DNA of 64,000 nucleotides from a virus (IMGVR_UViG_3300028833_000067:112888-176887); one strand, 5' to 3'. Positions 36,075 through 43,744 are shown, counted from the stretch's first letter. The notes: generated by a model from the sequence alone, not told the origin. Numbers and translations: made by a program.

Positions 36075-36326
36075 CTATACCAACGGACAAGGCTTTGGCG
36101 CATGACAATATCAGCGAAGAGGGAGCGTAAGCGTTATTAACCTATAAGTGATATTGAACAGGGCGGTGGGACGCGAGTGGTTGGTAATTTATAGCAGAAG
36201 GCGCGGCAGTATAGCACCCTGAAAGGACAAAACCATTACAATATTCTGCTTATTATATGGAACTAATCTATCCGGAGTTCCTGCGGTTCAAGGATAGGGT
36301 TTGCGGCACCTTAGACCGCATCATAT

Positions 36327-36400
36327 GCCTCTCTAATCCAACTGGAAGAGATAGCACGCTTAGAACGTGTACAGTGTAAGTTCAAATCTTACGAGAGGTA
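36327..36400 (+). tRNA. tRNA with TAG (Leu) anticodon, short variable loop
   Basis: GCACG-CTTAGAA-CGTGT; 5-nt variable region; A73. Confidence 0.8.
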
Positions 36401-36620
36401 CGATTGTTGTTCAGCTGACAACCCAGTGGATGGATTTGACGCATCCCGTGCTACTACTGCGAGAGGGTTCACGCCTAGGCTTTGCATGCGGACCACGGCC
36501 CATGAAGGTAGCACATTATATCATCTCTCTTGGCGTATGGCAAGACCGAAAGGATAGAAGCTTGGGTTGGTACCAGATTCCGTTATAACAAGAGCCCACG
36601 GGAAAGAGATGGTAATATTA

Positions 36621-36693
36621 CTCTCCGTAAGCTAACTGGATAAACTCCAACGCTACGAACGTTGCATTGAAGGATCGTACCCTTCCGGGGAGA
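36621..36693 (+). tRNA. tRNA-Arg(ACG), atypical T loop
   Basis: CAACG-CTACGAA-CGTTG; T loop ATCGTAC. Confidence 0.8.
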
Positions 36694-36736
36694 CTTCGCG
36701 CGAAAAGCGCAAATTCATTTTGGAGGTACCTATAAT

Positions 36737-37276
36737 ATGAATGAACCAAGACTAAAGATTCTTCCCCCATGGACGATTCTAGTAAGGAAGCTAGAGGCTC
36801 TATTTGATGGTGACCCTCAGATTGCTTTCAATGTTGACTTTAGCGGCGAGCATCCATCTGTTGTTCTTTCCTGTAATAATGGAGACAAAGTTGCTGCACT
36901 AATGCAGATTCTACCTGAAGAAATTAACTTTGGCAATGTTACATTAAAGGTAATGGTTGATGGCACGCCTAGCAATCGCGCCTTTAAGAGCAAGGTTGAA
37001 CTATTTAGTACTGCTTTTGCTAAGAATCCTGCCTATGCGTATTCTGTATGCCCCGCAGAAGAGGGCTATCAGTGGATTGGTACTACTTATGTTGTATTTA
37101 ATAATTGTGTAGTACAGTTCGCGGCTGATAATCTAAATGACTGTCATGGAGTAATTAGTACTCTATATGAGACAATTGCCAGCGAGCTTCTAACTGGACC
37201 CGCAACTGAAGGTGTATTCTTTAATACTAATGTTGAACGCGCGGGACTTGGGATGCCGCTTGGGGAGTGGCCGTAA
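36737..37276 (+). CDS. Hypothetical protein
   Basis: GGAGG RBS; 179 aa; no TAG. Confidence 0.75.
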   Translation: MNEPRLKILPPWTILVRKLEALFDGDPQIAFNVDFSGEHPSVVLSCNNGDKVAALMQILPEEINFGNVTLKVMVDGTPSNRAFKSKVELFSTAFAKNPAYAYSVCPAEEGYQWIGTTYVVFNNCVVQFAADNLNDCHGVISTLYETIASELLTGPATEGVFFNTNVERAGLGMPLGEWP

Positions 37277-37569
37277 TTTAATATTTTGAGAATAGGTGCT
37301 TTCGTAACGAATCAAGGATATGGTAAGAGTGCAGTTTGACGAGCTGTACCAAAAGACTTGGGCGCCAAAAGGCAGAAGTTAAATGGTATTGAAAACCAGC
37401 CTATTCCGCCGAGATGTCGGTAGTAGCAAATATTCATACGCGAGTAAATGCAAACATCATAAATCCTACAATAGCCAGCGATAGCATGGACGCTATGGAC
37501 GCCCTTTAAAGTTGTTCGCGGTAGTGAGAATAACCTTCGCCGTGGCGAAGTAAAAGAGCCACGGAATAT

Positions 37570-37642
37570 GCGCCATTAGCTCATCTGGTAGAGCACAGCA
37601 CTTTTAATGCTGGCGTGCGGAGTCCGAGTCTCCGATGGCGCA
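37570..37642 (+). tRNA. tRNA-Lys(TTT)
   Basis: Cloverleaf; loop CTTTTAA. Confidence 0.88.
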
Positions 37643-37709
37643 CTAATAATTGACATTAAATAAAATTTATAGTATAATTATTTCAGTAAGAAGGAAAGGA
37701 AGTAAGAAT

Positions 37710-37940
37710 ATGAGAGATCCAAATCGTATTGATAGGTTTTGTGATGAGCTTAAAGCGATTTGGCATCAAGTGCCAGATTGGCGCTTTGGGCAACTCATGG
37801 AAAATATGCTTAGTGCAAGGCTACAAGCAGTACAAAATCCCAATGGTTTCTTTTATACTGAAGATGAAGAATTGTTTGCCTTCTTTGAAAGCTATATAAA
37901 AGAAATTGTAAAAGATGGCAGACAAAATAAAGATTGGTAA
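37710..37940 (+). CDS. Small phage protein (MRDPNRID...PDWRFGQL family)
   Basis: Promoter 37650-37678; AGGA RBS. Confidence 0.7.
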   Translation: MRDPNRIDRFCDELKAIWHQVPDWRFGQLMENMLSARLQAVQNPNGFFYTEDEELFAFFESYIKEIVKDGRQNKDW

Positions 37941-38146
37941 TAACTAATCCACCTGACATGGCTGTGACTACAAGGCGCGGAAAGGTGGCGGCAATCTCTA
38001 GCCCAAGCAAGTTGAAACGATATACACCCTTGGGATGAAAGCTCAACACAGAGCAGAGCGAGATATAACGTGAGTTTTATATACATATGTATGTAGTCGG
38101 TCTCCCTGTGGCCCGTTACGTTATAGGTTGGCACAGGGGAAGCTTC

Positions 38147-38223
38147 CGGGCATTGGCGCAATCGGTTAGCGCGCAGACCTGATAAGTCTGAGGTTTCTGG
38201 TTCGATTCCAGAATGCCCGACCA
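38147..38223 (+). tRNA. tRNA-Ile(GAT)
   Basis: Cloverleaf; loop CTGATAA; CCA. Confidence 0.9.
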
Positions 38224-38313
38224 CCGAGGCGGGAAGCTCAAAGATACGTGGATGGCCAACACGGTCGTGCGAGTAAAATCCAGCGCAAATAGCCCGTAGG
38301 ATCCTCGGGCCAT

Positions 38314-38459
38314 AGGAGAATCATATAACGGTAGTATGGCGGTCTCCGGGGCGATAGTGTAAAGAACACACTAGGAAAGCAAGGACCTAGTAATTGAAGG
38401 GCAGTACTGAGGCGCTCCACCAAAAACCGTTCGTCCTGGTTCAAATCCAGGCTCTCTTG
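38314..38459 (+). tRNA. tRNA-Trp(CCA) interrupted by a 75-nt tRNA-like insert (38348-38422)
   Basis: AGGAGAA/CTCTCTT + G73; GCGGT-CTCC|insert|AAA-ACCGT; T arm CCTGG-TTCAAAT-CCAGG. Confidence 0.78.
38348..38422 (+). ncRNA. Nested degenerate tRNA-Ala-like RNA
   Basis: GGGGCG/CGCTCC-A-CCA with G3.U70; D arm GTGT/ACAC; stem CTAGG/CCTAG; weak T stem with GGCAGTA loop. Confidence 0.7.
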
Positions 38460-38463
38460 CTTA

Positions 38464-38527
38464 AAGACTCGTCAGCAACATTTTTCAAGCATCTAATTGT
38501 TAATTTGACTAGCTATAAACGAGTCTT
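38464..38527 (+). ncRNA. CAGCA-family RNA copy 4 (Asn-GUU anticodon-loop mimic)
   Basis: AAGACTCG/CGAGTCTT helix, CAGCAA, TCTAA-TTGTTAA-TTTGA. Confidence 0.55.
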
Positions 38528-38534
38528 GTTTTAT

Positions 38535-38608
38535 ACCCTACTACCCCAATTGGCAGAGGGAACTGACTCAAAATCAGTAAAGTCTCGGTCCGAATCCGAG
38601 GTGGGGTA
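38535..38608 (+). tRNA. tRNA with CAA (Leu) anticodon, short variable loop
   Basis: ACTGA-CTCAAAA-TCAGT; 5-nt variable region; A73. Confidence 0.8.
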
Positions 38609-39008
38609 CTATTTAAACCGAGTGTCTGGGGCCTTCTTCGCTCTTTTCCCAGCCGAAACGCACAAAGACTCCTGCGTCTGAGCGAGGCGGAAGTGGAGTT
38701 GCCGGGTTTACATCCCTGCGGTTTACCGGCTATTTTATACTTATCTGATTTAAGCCCAGTATACTAAAGCGATATAACTTTTATGGGCTTCGTGCAATAA
38801 GATAAGTATTGCGCCAAGAGATTTAAAGGTTATGCATTGAGGCGCGCTGAGCGAGCTCCAGCTCACATTATTAAACAATTTATTGGAGCATGATTGGTGA
38901 ATAGAGTGCGATCGGTAACACTGTAAATAATTCCGGAAGTAATAGCACAGGTTAGAGTCGCCGGACCTCTGTTAATTGGGGCGAAAACACCATCCAAAGT
39001 GCTGTTAT

Positions 39009-39079
39009 GGGGATATAGTATAACAGTAAAACAGTAGCTTTGCAAGCTTCAGACCGGGGAGCGTCACCCCGTATCTCCA
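39009..39079 (+). tRNA. tRNA-Ala(TGC), atypical T loop
   Basis: GGGGATA/TATCTCC with G3.U70; loop TTTGCAA; T loop AGCGTCA. Confidence 0.8.
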
Positions 39080-39100
39080 CTTCATTTAGGAGGACTATAT

Positions 39101-39397
39101 ATGAAATATAAAGTAATTACATTATGTGGTTCAACGCGCTTTAAGGAAGATTTTGAACGTATTAATCGAGAACTTACACTTTAGGGCAATATAGTAATTA
39201 GTGTTGGTTGTTTTGGCCATGCCGGAGATGTATTTACAGAAGAGTAGAAAGAAATGCTCGATGATATCCATAAGCGTAAGATTGATATGGCTGATGAGAT
39301 CTTCGTTATTAATAAAGGTAAATATATTGGCACAAGTACCCGTAATGAAATTGAATATGCAATTTTGCATGATAAACCAGTGAGGTATATGGAATAA
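39101..39397 (+). CDS. DUF4406/nucleoside deoxyribosyltransferase-like fold protein
   Basis: ITLCGSTRFK...ELTL(Q)GNIVIS...HKRKIDMADEIFVIN...YIG.ST..EI; two TAG. Confidence 0.7.
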
Positions 39398-39422
39398 TTT
39401 ATATCAGATGGAGTTGATGTGT

Positions 39423-39728
39423 ATGCGTAATCGTGCAGAAAAGCGTCATAATGATTGGAAAAAGGCTATTCGTAAGCGTCGTATTGATCGAGAAACGCAA
39501 GGTACTTCTTTATTTTCCCATGATACTTTTGAATATTTACATCAATATTCTAAAGGGCATTGGGCTTGTGGTTGTGGCATGTGTAAACGATATAATAAGA
39601 CCAATAATCGTGGACGGAAACGGAAAATTCATGGTAATTATGCGCCATCTAAAAATTGGTCAGTACAAGATGAACGCCGTATCGAAGAAATGGAAGATCA
39701 AATACTTGACAATGAACAAGATTTCTGA
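39423..39728 (+). CDS. Basic hypothetical protein with CxCxxC
   Basis: GGAG RBS; ORF track. Confidence 0.65.
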   Translation: MRNRAEKRHNDWKKAIRKRRIDRETQGTSLFSHDTFEYLHQYSKGHWACGCGMCKRYNKTNNRGRKRKIHGNYAPSKNWSVQDERRIEEMEDQILDNEQDF

Positions 39729-39843
39729 TATAATTATTATAGAAAAAGGGAGATAAGATATACATAAGAGGCAACTTGATAGAGTTTGTTGCAAAACATT
39801 AAATAGTAAACATCTCCTTTCTCGCGGCGAAAGCCGCATTTAT

Positions 39844-39918
39844 CGGGGCGTAGCTCAGTTTGGCTAGAGCGGGTGGTTTGGGACCATCAGGTCGCGTGTT
39901 CGAATCGCGTCGCCCCGA
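39844..39918 (+). tRNA. tRNA-Pro(TGG)
   Basis: Canonical cloverleaf; loop TTTGGGA. Confidence 0.9.
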
Positions 39919-39922
39919 CTTA

Positions 39923-39987
39923 TAGGCCATTACAGCATAATCATATTTAAATGGAAAGAATAATTGCATATTATTAAAATGGCCTAG
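39923..39987 (+). ncRNA. CAGCA-family RNA copy 5 (Cys-GCA-like loop)
   Basis: TAGGCCATT/AATGGCCTA helix, CAGCAT, AATAA-TTGCATA-TTATT. Confidence 0.5.
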
Positions 39988-40104
39988 TATTTAAATATTC
40001 GCGCTTCGGCGTAAATAGATTACCGCGTTGGGATCCGTATAGGTGAAAAGCCCTATTTGAAAGAGGCGGAGTAGTATCCGCAACTCTTCCGCGGCGTTTT
40101 TAAT

Positions 40105-40255
40105 TTAGAACTGTAGGCTTAGAAGCAGCCATCAGCTAAAGAGTTTTCTTTTCTCCATGCGTGCGAAATGTATTATGGGCTTACAATTATTTGTCCTATA
40201 AGTATGATGTGCGGTGGGTAATAGAAAAAGAAATTTGGCGTAATAGCACATCTAA
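40105..40255 (+). ncRNA. Mimic of the 23S rRNA L11-binding domain (H43/H44) with an inserted long hairpin
   Basis: TGTAGGCTTAGAAGCAGCCATCA..TAAAGAGT and GCGTAATAGC match the conserved 23S GTPase-associated centre; closed by TTAGA/TCTAA. Confidence 0.75.
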
Positions 40256-40270
40256 TTTTAAGGAGTATTT

Positions 40271-40447
40271 ATGGAAGATAAACTACATGAAGTTTATAAT
40301 TGTCTAAAAGTGATAGATATGATGCTTTATAAACATGCTTATGAACCAGAAACGGTAAAAGGATTTGAATCTACCTCTGATATGGCTAAATACTATAGAG
40401 AATTTCTTCATGTTATTCTTCCAGAGGAATATCAATATCAAAAATGA
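40271..40447 (+). CDS. Small hypothetical protein
   Basis: AGGAG RBS; 58 codons. Confidence 0.55.
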   Translation: MEDKLHEVYNCLKVIDMMLYKHAYEPETVKGFESTSDMAKYYREFLHVILPEEYQYQK

Positions 40448-40530
40448 CACTATGGCGGAATGGTAACGCACCAGATTGCTAATCTGCGGTTACTTAAAAG
40501 GGTATGCACGTTCGAGCCGTGCTAGTGTCG
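40446..40530 (+). tRNA. tRNA-Ser(GCT)
   Basis: Long variable arm; loop TTGCTAA; G73. Confidence 0.85.
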
Positions 40531-40532
40531 CT

Positions 40533-40681
40533 TTGCGGTGGCGGAAAAGGTGTAGACGCTAAACATTCATTAGGGTCCGCAGTGGTTCGATTCCACCTAC
40601 TCTAATTATGCGGTGGAGCAACAGAGTAAGAATGTGTAGGCATGAACGGATCTATGTGAGGTGCAAATCCTCACCCGCATT
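40533..40681 (+). ncRNA. tRNA-like RNA with an expanded anticodon arm
   Basis: TGCGG/CCGCA acceptor; type II D arm; T arm GTGAGG-TGCAAAT-CCTCAC; ~90-nt interior containing a second T arm. Confidence 0.55.
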
Positions 40682-40692
40682 TTATCTAGTAT

Positions 40693-40763
40693 TGGGGTGT
40701 AGCCAAGCGGCAAGGCACAGGACTTTGACTCCTGCATCGTTGGTTCAAATCCAACCACCCCAG
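40693..40763 (+). tRNA. tRNA-Gln(TTG)
   Basis: TGGGGTG/CACCCCA-G; loop CTTTGAC. Confidence 0.9.
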
Positions 40764-40820
40764 CTGATTCCGTATGTGTTGGTCCGATTCCAACAGGGAC
40801 TGCTTTTAGGAGGGATTATT

Positions 40821-41138
40821 ATGGATAAGAATGAAACTCCAATCTATGAAATTTATGTAATGAGTTATCCTTGGTATCTAGATGATAAAAAGATGCCAAA
40901 TTGTGGTATACGAGAACGAGTTGGGTTTTATTATGATAAAGAAGATGCTATCCGAGCGGTAGAAGAAAATTGGTGTGACTTGCAAGACCACTATGCCCAA
41001 GCCGCAGAGATTTGTAAAGTAGAACCCGGTCTTTATTCCGTTCCCTCTCGGCGCGAATATTGGTACTTTCTATGGAATCAAAAAGAAGAAAAATTTGAAA
41101 TTGCGCGGAAACCGAAGTTTGAAGGATGGGATTATTAA
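40821..41138 (+). CDS. Hypothetical protein
   Basis: AGGAGG RBS; true start lies downstream of the tRNAs within track ORF 40608. Confidence 0.7.
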   Translation: MDKNETPIYEIYVMSYPWYLDDKKMPNCGIRERVGFYYDKEDAIRAVEENWCDLQDHYAQAAEICKVEPGLYSVPSRREYWYFLWNQKEEKFEIARKPKFEGWDY

Positions 41139-41561
41139 GTGAAAGTATATACATCATATTGGGCTCAAGTAAAGAAATTTCCTACTAATTTAATCGGCTT
41201 AAATACTACAATGTTTCCTCCGCGTTATAGACCACTTGGGTATGATAATAATGGAGTACTTGTTTTAAATTGTAAACCTTTAGTGCCCGGAAATGCTTGT
41301 GGTCATTTGTGTCGAGGAGAGTGTGACCCTCCTCATCCACAAGATTGTGCTTTTCTTCAAACCTATAAAGCACAACTAGAAAAGATTAATTTTAATGAGT
41401 TTTATTCTTATATGGAAGAATTAAGTAAGAAATATAATAATTCCGATTTTGCTTTTATTGTATTTGAACCACCATATCGACCTTGTAGTGAACGTGGAGT
41501 AATTCAAAATTGGTTTCATACGTATAATATTGAATGTGAAGAATGGAATCCTAATATTTGA
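41139..41561 (+). CDS. DUF488-like protein
   Basis: VYTSYWA...FEPPYRPCSERGVI. Confidence 0.55.
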   Translation: MKVYTSYWAQVKKFPTNLIGLNTTMFPPRYRPLGYDNNGVLVLNCKPLVPGNACGHLCRGECDPPHPQDCAFLQTYKAQLEKINFNEFYSYMEELSKKYNNSDFAFIVFEPPYRPCSERGVIQNWFHTYNIECEEWNPNI

Positions 41562-41611
41562 CTTTATCTAAATTTTCTGTTATAATATATTTACAGAAAG
41601 GGGAGATAGAG

Positions 41612-41974
41612 ATGCGTAAGTATAGTATGAAGTCTCATAAGCGTAAGAACCATCAGCGTTGGTTTAATCAGTATGTACGTTATATCAACAAGAGCGTGGA
41701 AGAAGATGACCTTTGGCTTGGGCGTTTTTATGTAACTCAAAATGAAACCCGTATGGAATGGTTTGAAGATGGAAGTGGCGGCATAATGCGCGCTTATCTT
41801 ACTATGCATGACCATAAGACTGGAATTACTCGTAATAAATGGTATGATGGGCTTGATATGGATTGGCGCTTTTGGCAAGACTTTAATGACTTTATTATCG
41901 AAGATTGTAAAGTCTGGGAAGAAGTTCCTGATGTACGTATAAATCGCATCGACTATCGAAAGGAGAAGAAATAA
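41612..41974 (+). CDS. Hypothetical protein
   Basis: Promoter 41558-41586; GGGAG RBS. Confidence 0.7.
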   Translation: MRKYSMKSHKRKNHQRWFNQYVRYINKSVEEDDLWLGRFYVTQNETRMEWFEDGSGGIMRAYLTMHDHKTGITRNKWYDGLDMDWRFWQDFNDFIIEDCKVWEEVPDVRINRIDYRKEKK

Positions 41975-42201
41975 TGTTTTATAAGTATAAGGTTGGTTGG
42001 TATGATTCTTATCAGGATAAGGAAACTTACAGCGAAGGTATTGTATGCGCTAACGACTACGGTACCGCCGCGAATCGAGTAATTTATTCATATGGTAAAG
42101 ATACTGTATTTAATCTTTACCTTGAAGAAATTATAGTGAATGATGATGAAGATTATTGTCTTTCTAAGGAAGATCTTGAATCTACTTTCAAGGAAGATTA
42201 A
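41974..42201 (+). CDS. Hypothetical protein
   Basis: Translationally coupled to previous gene; ORF track. Confidence 0.65.
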   Translation: MFYKYKVGWYDSYQDKETYSEGIVCANDYGTAANRVIYSYGKDTVFNLYLEEIIVNDDEDYCLSKEDLESTFKED

Positions 42202-42546
42202 TAATATAGCGCTTGATGGGTGCAGGCGCATTAAAAATATGTAACCATCTCTCGTAAGTAGGGGATAGGGAGTATGAATCCAGCTATACGAGATGAGTCC
42301 TGAAGCCCATGACTCTAATGGACTATGCGTGATTGGATATTAATCCTAAAAAGAGTTTGAAACGCTAGGCGCCTTCGAGTACGCGGCCAGCTCGTTAAAT
42401 CGGCCTCAGAGGTACCAGTCACTCTGTATAATAACGACTGTGTATCATAGGTGTGATGGCGGCGGCACCTAAAATCGCCACCGTACGGCGTCAGTGGGAT
42501 AATGCTTTAAGCAAAAGTTGCCCCTTAAGACTGGCAAATTTACTTC

Positions 42547-42573
42547 GGGACAGCAATAGCTGTCCCACTTTTT
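42547..42573 (+). terminator. Intrinsic terminator
   Basis: GGGACAGC-AATA-GCTGTCCC followed by a T-run. Confidence 0.75.
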
Positions 42574-42631
42574 ATTTGACTTTTAACTAAAATTAATGTA
42601 TAATTTTTATATAAGAAAAGGAGTTGATATT

Positions 42632-43099
42632 ATGCCGATTTTGTATATTCTCTGCGGACCGAGTGGATGCGGAAAAACTACCTGGGCTATGAATTTTATG
42701 AAAGAACATGATAATATTCATTATGTATCTCGGGATGAAATTCGTTTTGAATTGGTAAAACCCGATGAGAGTTATTTTTCGCGCGAAAAAGAAGTCTTTC
42801 GGTGCTTTGCTAATACCATTCGGCATACTCTTGTTGATGGCTTTGATTGTATTGCCGACGCCACTCACTTAAATGAATTTTCGCGTCGTAAGCTAACACA
42901 AGCAATTGATATGTATTTTAAAGATTATGAAATTGTTTATGTTAGTTTTAATGTAAGCGCAGATACATGTATTGAACATAACGCCAATCGTGAAGGCAGG
43001 GCGAATGTGCCTGAAACTGTAATTCGTAATATGTGCCGTGATTTTAGAACTCCTTCTATTGAAGAAGATGAACGTGTGAAAGAGGTAATTGAAGTATGA
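42632..43099 (+). CDS. P-loop polynucleotide kinase (AAA_33, Pnk-like)
   Basis: GPSGCGKTT, SRDEIR, DATHL...R motifs; promoter 42576-42604. Confidence 0.8.
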   Translation: MPILYILCGPSGCGKTTWAMNFMKEHDNIHYVSRDEIRFELVKPDESYFSREKEVFRCFANTIRHTLVDGFDCIADATHLNEFSRRKLTQAIDMYFKDYEIVYVSFNVSADTCIEHNANREGRANVPETVIRNMCRDFRTPSIEEDERVKEVIEV

Positions 43100-43716
43100 G
43101 CGAGATTTTCTTCACGAGTGATACTCATTTCGGGCACCAGCCCGAGTTCCTTTGGAAGCCTAGAGGTTTTTCTTCTGTAGAAGAAATGGATGAAGCCATT
43201 ATTGAAAATTGGAATAAAGTAGTAAAACAAGGAGATATAGTATATCATCTTGGAGATACTATGCTCAACGATAATGTACATGGACTTGAATGTTTCAAGC
43301 GGTTAAATGGACAGATTTTTCTTATCTACGGAAACCATGATACTAATGCTAGAAATAATTTGCTTTTTACAGATGACCGTACCATACATAAAATGCTCGG
43401 CGGCTGGTATGCTTGGCTTATTAAATATGGTAAACTTTCCATTTACATGAGCCACTATCCCACGCTTACAAGCAATTATGATCAGAAACACTTCAGCCAG
43501 CATGTACTGAGCCTTCACGGGCACACTCATCAGAAAACAAATTGGCTTGACCCGAAAAACCCCTTTCTTTATCATGTTGGCCTAGACTCCCATAATAATA
43601 CGCCAGTTCATATTGATGAAGTAATCACAGATATTCGTCAGCGTTGGGAAGAAATTGGGCGTCTGCCAGTACCAGTTCAGCCGCAAGATACTTATCCATA
43701 TACTTCTATTATTTGA
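43096..43716 (+). CDS. Calcineurin-like metallophosphoesterase
   Basis: SDTHFGH, LGD, GNHD, HGHTH. Confidence 0.88.
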   Translation: MSEIFFTSDTHFGHQPEFLWKPRGFSSVEEMDEAIIENWNKVVKQGDIVYHLGDTMLNDNVHGLECFKRLNGQIFLIYGNHDTNARNNLLFTDDRTIHKMLGGWYAWLIKYGKLSIYMSHYPTLTSNYDQKHFSQHVLSLHGHTHQKTNWLDPKNPFLYHVGLDSHNNTPVHIDEVITDIRQRWEEIGRLPVPVQPQDTYPYTSII

Positions 43717-43744
43717 CTTTATTTAAATCTATGGTATAATAATT

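Noticed and set aside
28194-38681. Track ORFs overlapping tRNA/ncRNA blocks (e.g. 28194, 29454, 32798, 33155, 33484, 36367, 38394)
   Set aside because: No RBS, atypical composition, and most overlap clear RNA structures.
38652-38688. Hammerhead-like GCC-GAAAC-GCA...TGC-GTC-TGAGCGA-GGC
   Set aside because: No stem I and no exact CUGANGA core; GAGCGA pairs better with upstream TCGCTC.
40105-40255. Genuine rRNA gene or host rRNA contamination
   Set aside because: Only ~45 nt of one domain match, with compensatory changes and a large insert, flanked by phage tRNA and ORF sequence.
42547-42566. Sixth CAGCAA-family copy
   Set aside because: CAGCAA here is part of a terminator stem-loop, not an unpaired segment after a closing helix.
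27800-42600. CRISPR array or tmRNA/RNase P gene in the RNA island
   Set aside because: No regularly spaced identical repeats; no tmRNA termini enclosing a tag ORF; no RNase P GAGGAAAGUCC signature seen.
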